In this document: piece by piece, positions 1 to 14,148 of the stretch
How positions within the stretch are numbered: position 1 is the first letter of the stretch
How the letters are laid out: each line of letters opens with the position of its first letter
Assembly (NCBI GenBank): GCA_043228905.1
Contig: JBHGNT010000001.1
Location: forward strand, 7,254,001 to 7,318,000
Direction of reading: 5' to 3'
Source of the DNA: Azolla caroliniana
Taxonomy: Eukaryota > Plantae > Polypodiophyta
DNA: 64,000 nucleotides
Program-made: the position numbers and the translations under genes
The notes under the pieces: generated by a model
Told to the model about the DNA's origin: nothing
Seen by the model: only the letters and a program-made list of their open reading frames with translations
Databases searched by the model: none

Positions 1-419
1 TACAAGTAAAGGTGGTAGCATGCATCGAGAATACACTTATATACTATATATGACATTGTACATTACGTTTGATCATCAATTTAGCCACATTCTTCCTCTA
101 ACTCATCCCTTCACATATCTACGTGGTATGATGGTCTAATATTAGAGCTAGCCTCCACGAGATTTGAACAAGAGTGTTTGTTTTTTCTCCCTCATATTTT
201 ATAACTAATAGTTCACATTTCACTAGTAACTACATACATACAAAACTTCATTATATTAACATTAAGCGATATGGATCACTTCTCTTATCATAATGGTGTG
301 TTTGGGGTCTATTGTCTTCTTTGATATCAACTTACTGTAGTGGCAAGCTATTAAACTAAAAGCACAAGGGTTGACTTTTCACAAAAATTTATTACGCTAT
401 GATTTTGCGTAATCTATTT

Positions 420-607
420 GATGCCATCGTGGAATGTAGGGGTTGAATGCATGACTTGTTGATTTGTATCAAACAACTTTATTGTTCGACTTTTCACACA
501 TCTTTTGTTCTATTACTAGATGCCACAATGAAATGTAAGGGTTGAATGCTTGACCGTTTGGTGTCTGCTGAATAACCTCACCAATTGAGCTACAAATATT
601 TGGGCTC
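420..607 (-). mobile_element. tRNA-derived SINE-like repeat, two degenerate tandem units
   Basis: 515-607 aligns by eye with the reverse complement of 57617-57709 (shared ACTAGATGCCAC..AATGTAAGGGTTGAA..GCTACA..TTTGGGCTC). 420-500 is a second, more decayed unit. Confidence 0.55.
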
Positions 608-1616
608 CCCTCTTACATAATTCACACTCTAGCTCTCTTCATTAAAGATTTACCACACTTTCAATCACTCTCCTCCTCCTAATTCTCACTCTTGAGCTCT
701 CTTAATCTTAACTACAAGTTTACCATGCTTTCAACCTCTCTTTTACTCGCCCTCTTTCTCTTATCTTGTCAATCTTTTTATACCCTCACGATTTGACGCT
801 TTTACCTCATAGTGATAACGCAATGGCAATTGCAACCCAATGGTGAGAACATCATTGACAATGCTAATACAATGGCATCTATGATAATATTAGGCATAAT
901 TACTTATGCCGGAGCATTATTATATTACTAAAAGTGAAGATAACCTTTATAAGAGAAGAACTAATATCATAAGGTGAGAGAGTAAATTTTGACTAGCACA
1001 CTTTCGTGAACTCTCTTAGTGGTTGTTAGAGAGTAATGTTACCAACATCACCATTGTCATCATTGATGGCTCAAACTAACGATGATACCATATTGATTCA
1101 AATGAGATGATTTTGGTCATCATAGATCGATCATCTCTAATCTCATATAGTTTGCATGGACTGATGGAACTCTATTGGTAATGTATCCATCCATGATCCC
1201 TCTATGGTGTCCTAACCAATAAACCAAATGTGCTATGAAGATTAACAATATATGAATTTGTTATAATCTTCCAATTACAAGGTTTTCCAAATGGTTTATG
1301 TTTCAACCTACAAAGCAATTGTTTAGTATAAAATATTGTAGGATGACCAACTTCTCTCAATATTGGAGAATGTTGCTTATATGCTTTTGTCAAGATTATA
1401 TCAATTGGATGACTGAGTGGTCATAATAAACCTAGAAAGAGTGGAATACCTTCAATGTTTGTCGCACCATTGTTTATATACACTAGGTTCAAACATACCA
1501 TAAGATATGAACAATATCTCTAAGAAGCTTATGCCAAGAGGGATAGAAAGAAGAAATGTTTATATTTGCGATAATAACAATGCCAACCCCAACTCAACAA
1601 AAAGTCGATTATCTTA

Positions 1617-1769
1617 CTTCGAACTAGGTATAAGGAATTCCAAGATGTCTCCAATAAGGACAAGGCTACTAACCTACTAGAACATAGACCCTACAATTGT
1701 CCTATCGATCACCAACCAGGAAAAGATTTGCCATGGGGACCAATTTATAATTTATCGCCAGTAGAGTAG
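1617..1769 (+). pseudogene. Relic of a Ty3/gypsy (chromovirus-like) pol region just before RT
   Basis: Translates LRTRYKEFQDVSNKDKATNLLEHRPYNCPIDHQPGKDLPWGPIYNLSPVE*, similar to IPKKYQDYADVFDKVKASVLPKHRPYDCPIHLQPGKEPPWGLIYNLSPTE in the element at 42033-44177. Confidence 0.75.
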
Positions 1770-2348
1770 AGCTCAATGGCCATGTTTACTTTTGAAGGGA
1801 ATATTAGAGTGGTCTCCGGCATACATGATAGAATGTTAAAGGTGGATGTATATCAATCAATCATGTGCTTCTGTAAAGATATTATACCATGTTCGAAATG
1901 TGAATGGACGAGCAACATATGCTTCTTAAACATGTCCAAACACTCAATGTAGGAAGAGGAAGAGAGCTTGCCATGCCAAAGTTTCAAAAATATAAGTGAC
2001 AGAAATTTACACAGAGTTGGAGTTTGTATTGTATGTGGATTCACATTTCTAACTTCAAATTTTTTTATTCCTTAGGAACTGAAATTTGAAAGGTGACATC
2101 TTCCCCTAAGAATAAGAAGCAGCTACCATGCAATAAAAAAAAAAAGCTTCTATAATTGTTTGACACATGATGATGATGATGATGATGTTTAGAGAACAAC
2201 CCATCTATTTTCTTGCTTGCTCTCTGTCTCTACCATTACTAATTAGCATGTTTTAACAGATAATAACCACCATACATCTGTTACTTTGTTCTGTTTCACC
2301 TGATCTCTCACCTCTATTGTTTGTCTGAGATATAGATATGTAACCTAT

Positions 2349-2374
<26 letters not shown>
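2349..2374. repeat. (CA)n microsatellite just upstream of RAD21
   Basis: Seen directly, about 40 bp before the ATG. Confidence 0.9.
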
Positions 2375-2379
<5 letters not shown>

Positions 2380-2414
2380 GAAAAATGATCCAATTTCAAC
2401 AGTAACATAGTACC

Positions 2415-5400
2415 ATGTTCTATTCACAGTTTCTTCTGTCCAGAAAGGGGCCTCTTGGTGTTATCTGGATTGCCGCCCATCTAGAAGGCAAACTCAGGAA
2501 AAAGCACATCACTGATACAGATATAGCTGAATCTGTTGGTAAATATTTTACTCTGTTTATTCATTTGGGAAACAACCCTTCATTGCTCCGATCCCCTTTT
2601 TCAATGGTCATTGTGAGTGAGTTTATTTTAGTTATAACTGATGTATATTCAGTGCCTTTCTTTCTCAAATATGTGTACGTACAGATATAAATACATACCT
2701 ACATATGTGTGTGTGGTTTTCATGTGTATGTGTATGCATATGCGGGTCTGTGTCTATATAGACTCAATCTTTACTGGTTATAATCTGCATTTCCAGTAAC
2801 ATCATTTTTACTGCATTATATGGCAAAGTTAAATCAATTTCATAATTATCATACAATAATGTGGATTTTCCTTATCATACAATGGTAATACATTTATATT
2901 ATGGAACAAACTACTACGTCTCATGTCCTAATTTTGGGATAGTGTCTTAAAAGGTCTTTTTTCCCAATATCAGATCAAATTCTGTATTCAGACGTGCCAA
3001 TAGCTCTGAGGATATCAAGCCATCTTCTGGTTGGAGTGGCAAGGATTTTTGCTCGGAAGGTGGACTATCTTTTCCATGACTGTAGTGTAGCACTTCTCAA
3101 TATTCGCCAAGCATTTGAAACATCGAGTGCGATAAATCTTCCAAGCACGGCTCTTGTAGCACCCTATCATGCTATCACAATTCCGGAATCATTTGATTTT
3201 GATGATCTTGGAATCCATGTTAATCCAGAGGATGGGACTCGAGCCGACACGAGGTTAGCATTATGCTATGCATTGGTCTAATTCTATTCCACCTACATTG
3301 TCCGTACATGCATTCATCCATGTACGTACATAAATTTAATCTACCTTATACTTGATTAGTATGTCAATGTATTTCATGTATTTCATGTTTAAGTTCCATA
3401 CATACATATATATATATGTTTATATGTATGTATGTATGTATGTATATGTATATGTATATATTGTATGTCTGCATGAATGCATACATAAATTTCATCTATA
3501 TTCTCACATACATGCGTAATGTAATGTATGTGTGTATGTTTATATTTGCACACATACACAAACATACCTATATACATGTGCACAAGTTTGCATCACCCTT
3601 CAATATTCATTTATAATGTCTAGCTACGTATATCATTTGAATTTGGTAATTGTGCAGCTTCTCTACTTACTGAATTATGTTTTTTACAGGGCTGAATTCG
3701 AGTATCATGTCACTGCCAGGGACCTCATCACTTTGCAAGAGCCTCTGGAGGGTATGACACAAATAGCTATATATAACCTAAGAAAACATGTGAATTAAAT
3801 GCATGTAAATTCTCTCAAAGGGCTCTACTACATACATTGCAAAAACAATGAGGAAGCCAAAAAACCTGTTATTTCTCATGATGATCATGTGCACAATCAA
3901 AGAAACCGTGTGCAAAATAGAGATAACCAAACCATTTTTGGAATTTTTTGCAAGTGATGCGTGGAGATTCCTTAATTGCAAAAAAACAGTCTTCTTAAAT
4001 GAAAGGAATTACCTTTGATCAATTTTCTTGGTATAGGTGCCTTCACAGAACCGAGTCCTTACAATATACCCGAATTTTCTCCGGAGGTTTAACATCTCTC
4101 TTCATCCTCACAATTGTGTAAATGTGTTTTCCCTTCTAATAAACTAGTATTCTTGAAAAGAATTGATTGCATTTTCATTTACATATATGTATATTCATTT
4201 CTAGGCATTTCTCCTTGAGAAGGCTGAACAAGCACCGGTCAAAGCAGTGCAGAAGCAACCATCGACAGATGAAGAGTTTAGTTGGCATCTATAAGAGGAT
4301 GAAAGTATATATTGATGTATTTCTTTCTGATTTAAATGACATAATGTGTGTTGGCAGCATACTTCCTCCAATGCTGATGGAAGAGGATATGGAGCTTGAT
4401 TTCATGGAAGGTGAAGAGGGAGAGCCAATGGAAGAAAGGTTTATAACGTCATTCCATCAGCATGGTACAGTTGAAGATGTTGAAATATTAAGGGCTAAAA
4501 GTAGAGACTCAGAGCAACAGAGTCTTTTTGAGTTCGAAGAGGTGAACATTCATGTGGAGATTGAAGGAGTTGATTTGATGAGAACTGCGATGGAAGTTCC
4601 TCTGGTTATGGAAAGAGTCAGCCCAGTAGAGGTTTCACCGATCATCACAAGAGATGCTACCCCTGAAGTAGACATTCTTGGATCTATTCTTGGTAATAAC
4701 TGAATTAACTCACGTTATATATCAGTGAAGTCTTTATACATGTATATATATATGTGTGTGTATGTGAGTTATTTATGCATATTCATACATACTACATGCA
4801 CACATTTAAGTATGTTAAGTATTTATGCACAAGGCATGGACTCAAAATGCACGCATATGGACATGGAGATGGATACAGGCAGAAACATATTCACCATGGT
4901 GTTATGTATACCATTTCCTATACATATACATATGCATATGTAATATATATGTGTGCGTCTATGTGCATAAAACACCAACATATACATATACGAGCTATAC
5001 GTGTGGATGATTATACAGCATATGTTATATGCTATACTACAAATATTACATCCGTACCTGCAGACTCTATGCAGCCCATCTTCTGACTTTCTTTAGTTTA
5101 TATTCATCAAGGTGCGAAGACATCAGTTGTTTCCACACCTTCCCCTGTCATATCCAAGTCACACGAGAGGAAAAGGAGGCCAGTTTTTGATGCTTCTACA
5201 ACAATAACAAGCATGTATGATCTGTTTCTAAATTCTCTTTTTTCTGAATACTTGGCTATATTGTTTCTTATCTATACAACTATGTAAACTGGCATCTTAG
5301 GAACATGAAAAAGCAGTTAAGCAATACTAGGGAGATGTGCCGTCCTCGTCGAAAAGCACCATCTACAGAATATGAAATATGGATATCACAGACTAGCAAT

Positions 5401-7812
5401 CTGTTGGAGCAAAGGATTTCAGAGCCAACATTGCCTGGTATGCATTTGATCATTTTTTACAGGTCATCAATGCATTAAAATTATTTATATACACAGACAT
5501 TCATTTATTGTCAAGATAATGCATAATTCTTTTGGACACTTTCTACTCTGAACAATCAGTGGTGTAACAAAGCACATTTTTCTTATGAATAAAATGGTTT
5601 AAAGTGGAGATATGCTTTTGTTATGCATTTTCTACTAGTCTGAATTTCACAATGGTATTCGGGCTTTGCAGGTATCTCTAATGAATTGAAAGATGCTTTT
5701 AAGCTCATAGTCAGTAAAAAAGCTGACTTTATACAAGCTGATACATCTGATGGATTGAGAGAAGTAACTGAGCATGTAGAAGCTGATGTATCTGATATAA
5801 GAATGAGAGAAAAACATGAGCATGTCGAAGATGGTATATCTCCTGATATAAAGATGAACAAGCAACCAGAGAAGCCAACTGAAGGGTATCTTTCTGATGT
5901 GGAGCAAGCCTTGCAAGAAGGTGGCGAATATATTCAAAAGCTTGAAGCTTTCTCGAGAGTAAAGAGAAGGATAGAATTTGGAGCTGTTAATCCCTCGATG
6001 ATGATTTGTTTGAGTGAACAAGAGACTCTTCAGGAGGTTCCGCCTTCATCGATCCACAAAGCCAATACAATATTTGAATATGAAGGTGTAGAGACTCGAG
6101 CCCTTGCTTATACAGATCATCTGGGCGAAATTGCTGTAGAGGATTTAATAGAGAGATCAAAGATTGAAGATATAACTGTGGAGATCGATAAGCAGGACCA
6201 ATCTAATAAAGTGGAATTCCATGCTGGTGAACCTTTCCATGTTGAAGAAACTCCGTCCAAACCTGTTGAAGAAGAAACAACCCCTGAGTGTGAATATGTG
6301 CAAGAAGTTTCTCCTCAATTATCGCAAAACATGTCTAGCCAATTGGTAACAGAATATTTAACATCTCAATGTTTTGTTTCATGATTCTCTTACTCTTCAC
6401 TTGATTGGAACCAATCTTCATTTCTTTGTTTTTGAATAGGGGCTTGGATTTCCATTAGGCTCATTGGAAACAGGTGAACACATTTTTGTCTTCTTGATTT
6501 CTTTCATCTTTTGCCATAATCCATTTTTCAGAAAACTTGGTTAATCGCAATGAGAATTTTTATTGCTGGTGACAACATAGTACTCGGGAGAATATTTAGG
6601 AACACAATTAATGATGGGGTTCGTGATCTTTGGGTACCCAAGCATATTTTGTTCTATTATGTACTCAAGAATATATATTTGATTGACATGAGAACATTAT
6701 ATCACATAAAGAACTTTGTGAGGCAGATTGTTTTGCTATTGACCAGGCATCTTGCCATCAAAGCCATAACCATCCTTTTTTTACAGGATTCGATAATGCA
6801 GATGCAGGGAGTACACTCTTCTCTAAACTGTTGAGGAAAACTCTTTTGCTTTTTGTTCTTATGCCATTCTTCATTTACGGAAATGATGGAAAACAATGTT
6901 CAACAAAGGTTAGGGTTTCCAAAGGCCATATCCTATGTGTAGTACTTTTTGACCCTAGGGCCATTTTTACGGAAAACAAATCCTGAAAGAATCAAAGTTA
7001 CCTACTAGTTGAGACCTTTGGCAGCATTTTTTGAATGCAATTGGTTTTTCTGGATATTATTTAATGGGAATCGTTGTTTTTCATATATTTAAGTCAGTTA
7101 AAATACAACATAATACCCATGATCCTTGTTGTAGGGGTAAAAATACATTAATACCCTCTATATTTTAATGTGTGTTAACTTAAAAAGTTGTCTTATATAT
7201 ACTAAATGGCAGGCACTACTAATGGTGAAGAGCATGAGGTGGTCCAAGCTGAAATTGAATATATGGGGAAAGTTTTTGAGGACAAGACTGGTTGGGCATC
7301 GAGAACCAGGTATATTTTGAATCACCTCGAGGGTTATGAAGTAAATAGAAGATTTTGACATACCAAAAGAATGGGGCTTATCAATAAGATTTTAAGTAAA
7401 CAATCGAAACATAAAAAGAGGGAGCAGGGTTTTTCAATAAATTTTGAAACTATTGAGTTAAAAATTTCAGTGCTGTTGCTGGATTTCTTAAGCAGAAATT
7501 CCAGTCTATTGAAATCGGCAAGGAACTGTCTCTCAAATTGGAAGTGTTGCTACGAGGGAGGCGGAGAAAAGAAGCTGCATGCATGTTCTTCGAGACATTG
7601 GTGTGTGAAATGACCTGTCTTTATGATAACCTCAACAAATATGTATGTGTGTGTTGTATATGTATTGTGTCTATATATGTATGTGTATGATTGATTCATT
7701 TGTAATTCTGTAGGTGTTGGCGTCAACAGGTTACATCAAGATTGAACAACAAAGTGGGTACTCGGACATTTATATACTACCTACTGACCACCTGATGAGA
7801 TCAGTTTCCTAA
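2415..7812 (+). CDS. RAD21: Cohesin alpha-kleisin RAD21/SCC1 (SYN-type), multi-exon
   Basis: N-terminal Rad21/Rec8 domain MFYSQFLLSRKGPLGVIWIAAHL..DQILYSDVPIALRISSHLLVGVARIF (exons 2415-2538, 2974-3253, 3690-3751). Acidic middle exons (~4358-4691, ~5672-6345). C-terminal winged helix GWASRTR/AVAGFL..RRKEAACMFFETL/VLASTGYIKIEQQSGYSDIYI (7213-7309, 7471-7600, 7714-7812). Introns checked are GT-AG; small middle exons not fully resolved. Confidence 0.93.
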
Positions 7813-10800
7813 AGTTCTTTCGAACAGCCGGGGGGTGTAAGATTAACTCTCTTTGTACAATGTAGATTTTAGACAAGAGGATAGATTGGCATGAAAAGTG
7901 GTATTGTAAAGTATAGAATGGTACAAAGGAAAGTGGTTGTGAGCAATGTGCAAAAAACTTTGATGCAACCACCGCTGAGATAAAATTGCCAATACCTTAA
8001 TTTTGTAATAACTGATTGACTTGATTGGTTTTTTTAACACTCTCGAGGATCGATAAAGACTCATTTAGTTTCAAAGTCCTTATTCGTCAGCTTTTTACAT
8101 AGAATGTCTATATTTGGAAGTAATTTGATTTTAAGTTTAAAAAAACGATATTGTACTACATGTCAGTCTTTATTTCTTATTTTTGAGCATGATACAGAGT
8201 GATGCCAGGATTGGCACATGTCCATTTTTAACTATTTGTAGAGTAACTCTTATTCACTATTTGTGGGATTGTCAAATGCATATGTATGTTCTTCTTCGTT
8301 ATGTTTAGGATAGTCAAATATATGTGCATATACATATTCACTTGCATGTATGTCCACATGTATATGCACATATATCAACTGCATATATTTGAATATGTAT
8401 TATGTACTTGCCTATTTCCATAATGTTCATAATTTGTATGTATATCCTAAAATGTTCATGAATCATGTTTTTGTATTATCAAATGTAGATGTTTTGGGAT
8501 GTATTTAGGTGCGAAAGATTGTGATTATTGCAAACTTTTGTTTGTGGATTTTATTGTTCATTATTTTGTGGTTTATTTTTAATTATCTCGAAAAGAACAA
8601 TGGAGCAAAAATTTGATCCTTATAGGTGAGTGTTGTCTAAGCTTCCGTGAGAAATATTTTTAATTCTCAAGTTGGGTTAATTCATTTCAATACATAGTGG
8701 ATACTATATCGTAGTACCTTGACTAGGATAGTGAAAAATTCATTCACAAGTTACATTCAAAGGAAATTAATTCTAAGTGGTTCCATGGAATTGAAACAGA
8801 ACAATATTGCTTTTACAGTAAGACAACCATAATAACGTTGAAACATATTGATTACCTTAGATTGAGCCTACCTTGGTTATTTAACGACAGTTTTTCACGT
8901 ATCCATCATTTGAACAATTTATTGCTCAACACTTTAAATGCGTTGGTGTTAAATGTAACTCTCCGAAGCTTGGAAATTGGACTTGTAAAACCACACAAAG
9001 AGCTTTAAAACCAAAATGTGGTAAAGATTCCAATGTCTGTACCACCTAACTTTTCTCTTTCATTGTCATGCATTTTGAATTTGCAAAAACTCTTCCAAGA
9101 TTTCATAGATTCTGAAATTGGGGACCAATAAAGAAATGCACATCTACATGGATTTTGGACACATTGAACTCGCTAAAAAATTTACTATGTGCTTGAAATT
9201 GGTGGTGTTTACCAACCATCGGCTTTTAAAATCTAACAACATCCCTATGGCTGCGTATTATACTCTTCATTTTTCTCATGTTAGTCGGCACAAGAAGTTT
9301 TTGTGGTTTTATTTAAAAGAACTCTAAACTATAAATGCAACTAGATTCGCAAGAGGGTTTTTGTTAAGTTTTGAGTCACCTAAAGCATACATGTAGATCC
9401 CTTCGTTGTGGGGGCGAGCACATGTAAATACACTACCAATTGTTCCTTGTCAGGTGTAGAAAGAAAGGAATGTTTTACTTTTCAATTTTGTTGTGTTCTA
9501 CTTTTTCTCTTCGATCGAAGTGGTCCCATTATTGTACACTTAAGTATGTATATAATATACATTCACATAACTATTCCTCGTGAGCTTTATCAACTTATTG
9601 TGTGTGAAGTATTAGTAAGAAGAGTTGTCCATAAATTGATAAGTGTTCTCATGTTTCGGTCATTGGAATCCTAATGTTTCCCATCATTCCTCATGTTTCC
9701 AATCATTGGGACAAGTTTGGACGTGTTTTCAATCATCAAGGCAAGTTTGTAGACAATGCATTTATTAACATAATCATTAAATGAATCCACATATCTTGAG
9801 CAATCAATCAAGAGCATGATTATTTCAATCCGCAATGAACTAAGAGCTTACTTATTTCAACGTGGACAGTACCTTCCGCATAAGAATATAATCTACTCTT
9901 TGCAATGCCGAGAAATTCCAAGGAACAAGTAAATAATGTAGTGTTTTAACCTAGCTCCATTGTAGTAAAGATACGGCATTAAGAATAGAAAATTCCACAA
10001 CATGTGCAATTAATCTAAATTATCATTAACCAAGCAAAAGAAAGTCGGAAGGAAGTCATGGATGGATGAGTTATGTCAAAGATTGCCATGAATTGTTCGC
10101 CAAAATAGGTTAAGACATCGGAGTTAAACCGCACATATCTGTTGTGAAAAACACAATCTCTACACCTAGAAACTTAATAGAGGTATATCAGTTAACCTTC
10201 GTACAAGACTTCTAATCAGACATCAATTGAACATATATTTTTAAAACAAGATGAGGTATCACTACAGTTTCTCAACCAACTAAGAGAAAACTTTTCAAAC
10301 AAGGTGGAAATTTGTGATATATTTGTGATCAATATAGAAATGAGAAATCATCTGACAAATAGCATATATGGATATATATAAACACAAGATCAAAACAGTG
10401 TACCAATTAAAAGACTCTTAAAACCATTAAAACTTCCTTAAACTCCTCCCTTTGGTTGAAGTTGGGGATGTTCTCTCAAGTCATCCTTGAGCACATTGTT
10501 ACTTAGTAGTTGTATGATGATGAAGAAGGAATGAAGCTCATAAGAAAGTCTTTGAAACATCCATTCCTCTTCTACTTCTACTTGTAGGATGGATGAAGAA
10601 GGATGGTGAAAAAAGGAAAAGAAAAACCATTCCATTCAACACACATGAAACAAAAATTGACACAGAAGGAAAGAACCTACGAGTCATCGCTGTAGATTCT
10701 TTGGACATTCGAGTTGTATGAGGATGGAAGAGAAGCTCATACAAAACTTTTTATCTTTTGAGATATTTCCCAAACATGGTTTAAACCCATAGGAATTGAA

Positions 10801-11247
10801 CAGCTTAACTCTGAGCAGATGGAGCCAAGGAAAATGAGAATATTAAGGCTCAAACCTTTGCACATTTTAGTTGTATGATTCGGTAGAAAACGAGAAAACT
10901 GGGCCAAATAGAAATCATGGGCAATGTTTGAGAATCCATGAATTTCGAAAAAAAAGATGGTATATATCATCATCATGCTTTATCAGAATTTTATTTTTGT
11001 TTATCATGAATAATGATGAAAAAGAAGAAGAAAAAGAATTAAGAAGCTCACAAAACCCATCTTTTGAAACATGTTAATCTGTATGATGAGGAGCAATAAA
11101 GATTGTGCAAGAGGAAAAAAGAAAGAAAGCGGAACAAAAATTGTGGCTGTTTTTTTTTTTTGTTTTAAAGTTTCTGTATTGTCTGTCTGTCTGGTTGGCT
11201 AAATTCTTTAAAAAAATTTGGTTTTTTGGGTTTTAGATTAGGTTTTT

Positions 11248-12105
11248 CTATGGGAAACCAAGAAGAACAAGGCATGCAGCAAGCATCAACCAAATCATAT
11301 GAACAAGCAGGAGAGATTGTACAGCGAGGACTCCTCTGGAGCCGGTGCCTTTGCTCCCGAAATCGCAGAACCCGAGGTGATCCACTTCCACGCCTGCGCA
11401 CTCGGCGTCGGGGAGGCCGCACCAGTACGTGACCCCGTCCGTCCCGCACACGGGATTCGGCCGGAAGCAGCTGGGCGGACAAATCTGAGCGGCCTCGCGG
11501 CTGCTCTCCTTGTACAAGAAGGAGATGGCTTGCTTGGTCTTGTTGATGAGGCAAGTCATGGCGGGCGCATCATGTCCGCATTCTTCTTCTTCTTCTTCTT
11601 CTTCTTCGTCTTGTCCATTCAATCCTTTGCATGGGGCCGCCGCCTTGTCTTGCATGTGCCTGTGCTTGTGCTTCTTGTGCTTATCATAATCATCGCAACC
11701 CCCCGATCCCGAAATGGCAGTAGCTATCACACCCCGCATAGCCTCGCTCTCGTTTCTCATCGGCCCAATTATGGCTGATCCGTGTCCGTTCACATGTCCG
11801 TGTCCGCCCATCTCGTCCCGCATTGGCTGGATCATGGGCTCCTGTCCGCCCATTTCGCTTCTCCTCATTGGCCCGGCGACCGCACTTTCTTGTCTGCCCT
11901 TCTTCCCGGCTATGTTCATGTTCATGTTCATGTTTGGGAGGAGGAGAAGCAGCATTGCGCTGCTCGTCTTCTTCGGGAAATTACTCTCCTTCGTAGCCGC
12001 CACCATGCTCAGGCTCAGGCTCAGGCTCATGCTCATGCTCACCAACAACACACATCTCAGAAGCAAAAGCAACGTGATCACACCCGAGAGCTTCACTCCT
12101 GCCAT
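11248..12105 (-). CDS. Secreted or membrane-anchored Kazal-type serine protease inhibitor domain protein
   Basis: Hydrophobic N-terminal signal, six-Cys Kazal pattern CPPSCFRPNPVCGTDGVTYWCGLPDAECAGVEVDHLGFC and a hydrophobic C-terminal tail typical of plant Kazal proteins. GC-rich single ORF. Confidence 0.88.
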   Translation of the reverse strand: MAGVKLSGVITLLLLLRCVLLVSMSMSLSLSLSMVAATKESNFPKKTSSAMLLLLLPNMNMNMNIAGKKGRQESAVAGPMRRSEMGGQEPMIQPMRDEMGGHGHVNGHGSAIIGPMRNESEAMRGVIATAISGSGGCDDYDKHKKHKHRHMQDKAAAPCKGLNGQDEEEEEEEEECGHDAPAMTCLINKTKQAISFLYKESSREAAQICPPSCFRPNPVCGTDGVTYWCGLPDAECAGVEVDHLGFCDFGSKGTGSRGVLAVQSLLLVHMIWLMLAACLVLLGFP

Positions 12106-12699
12106 CGCTAATGGTAACCAACAAATAATAATGTTTATGTTATCAATTTAGGGTTCTTTTCAAACAACCCCTCGGACCAAATTTCTCTCTCTCCCTCTAC
12201 TTCATTTTCTCTGCTTTTTTCTTTGATTTTTTCCTTCCAATCAACTGTTTCAAACGAGTCTCTGAGACAACCCTAATGCTTTTGTCTGTACTTTATATTC
12301 TCTTGCCTTAAAGACTCTTTTCTTTCTTTCTTTCTTCTGTCTAAAGCAGTCCACGAAAAGGTTGATTTTTCCCTTCTCTTTCTCCTCCGTTCCCTCACCT
12401 TTCTTCGTCTTCTTTCTTCTTGGAAATGGAACATCTAATTCCCTTCAAGATTAGGGCGTCTTAATTCTCATCTTTTAACTGAACGATTGACTATCAATAG
12501 CAGGACGAGAATCTAGGGTTGTCTCGAAACAACCCTAAAATCTTCTCTTCTTTTTCCTGTTCTGTTTTTTTTTTTCCTTCCTTCCTTCCTGCGTGATCTT
12601 CTTCCCTCCTACCCTCGAATTTCTAAGACCTTCTTCTCCTTTCCGTCTCCGCGCACGTCGTGGAACTGATCTCAAAAATGCAAGACTACAATTCCATCA

Positions 12700-13720
12700 A
12701 GATAGGATGATGATGATGATGATGATGGGTTTGGTAAAAGGCGCTTACTTTCTTCGCGGTTGTGTTAGACTGCCATTCATTCTGCAGTGCAACAAGGGAA
12801 GAGAGGGTGGAGGGATGGGAAGAAGAAGAAGGAATTCGTGAAGGCTGTGGGATATACGGATGCATGAAGAGGAGGGGGAGGGGGAGGGGGAGGAGGATGC
12901 ATGAAAGAAGAAGAAGAAGAAGAAGAAGAAGAAGGGCATGGGAAAGGTCTATGAAATAGGGGAAGAAGGAAGGAAGGAAGGAAGGAAGGAAGGGGGGGGG
13001 GGGGGGGATTAGATCAGAAAAGCCATAGCCATAGCCATAGCCATAGCCAAGCTTTTCATCAGAGAGATTCAGAGGGATTGAAAGGGAGAGGGGATGATTC
13101 CGATCGACGCGTAGGAAGGCCACCCACCCCACCCCACCCCACCCCACCCACCCGGAATTTCTCTTCCAATTCTCCAATTTTGTATATATATATATATATA
13201 CATATATATTATAAATTTATATATATATATATATATAAATTACTTGATTGCTTCAGAACTATATGTATATGCAGTGTGAATAATCTCCTTTCTTTTTGTT
13301 TTATTACTAGTAGTGGTATATACACACACATACATACATACAAACATACATACATAAATGATATACATACATACATATAAGAAATTTGATTTGGTATATT
13401 CCTTCTTCTTTCCTTCTTTCCTTCCTTCCTTCCTTCCTTCTTTCTTTCTTTCTTTGTCTTGTCCATATTTCCCTTTCAACTGAACAAATGAATGGGGTGG
13501 GTGGGTTGGGTTGGGTTGGGTGCTATTGGGCTTTTTGGCTTTTTGGCCTTTTGGCAATGGCCATGGAAATATGATAGTATTCTTAGTATTCATAATAATG
13601 AGCTTTCTTTTGAAAATGTTTGGGTCGGTCTTTCGTTCTCTCGGGTTTGGGTTTCAGACGGGTTCAGTGGTCAGTCGCACATCCATTTCGAAACACACAC
13701 ACACACACACACACACACAG
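12700..13720. repeat. Microsatellite cluster ((ATG)n, (GAA)n, (GAAG)n, poly-G, (GCCATA)n, (CCCCA)n, (TA)n, (TACA)n, (CCTT)n, (CA)n) upstream of the Kazal gene
   Basis: Seen directly. Confidence 0.9.
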
Positions 13721-14148
13721 TGCACACATCTTTTGCTCTGCTCCGGAGGAAGCTCCATGTCTCTCGTGGTATCATTCGGTGATCGTCGCTCGCCATTTCA
13801 CACTTCCTTTGACATATTCATGATATATTATTATACAAATGACCTTATATACCCTTCCACTCCATGTGCAACAATGAATTTCTCCTTTTCATACAAGTTC
13901 TGGTAGACACCATTATACATACATATTTTCCTGGAGCATAGGACTCATCTCCAATTACCGTTACATAAAAACAATCATTATCATACTATTAAAATTAAAC
14001 TCATCATTTTTGTACGATTAACATAGACCCAACATTCCAAAAAACCAGAACATCATCATCTACCGTTGGCATACATACCCATTGACATATCCCCAACACA
14101 TTCATGTTGTTAACAAAAACAATTATTGTTATACTATTAGCGACTAAA

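Noticed and set aside
3389-5086. Short M/Y/I/H/C-rich ORFs
   Set aside because: Translations of (TA)/(TG)/(CATA) intronic repeats within RAD21.
2415-7812. Assignment to meiotic REC8/SYN1
   Set aside because: The N-terminus (SQFLLSRKGPLG.IWIAAHL) resembles RAD21-type paralogues more than the REC8 pattern (SHQLLARKAPLGQIWMAAT). A phylogeny is needed for the exact paralogue.
12593-13906. Many short ORFs and an apparent symmetry of complementary microsatellites
   Set aside because: The ORFs come from simple repeats, and the order of complementary blocks does not form a true inverted repeat.
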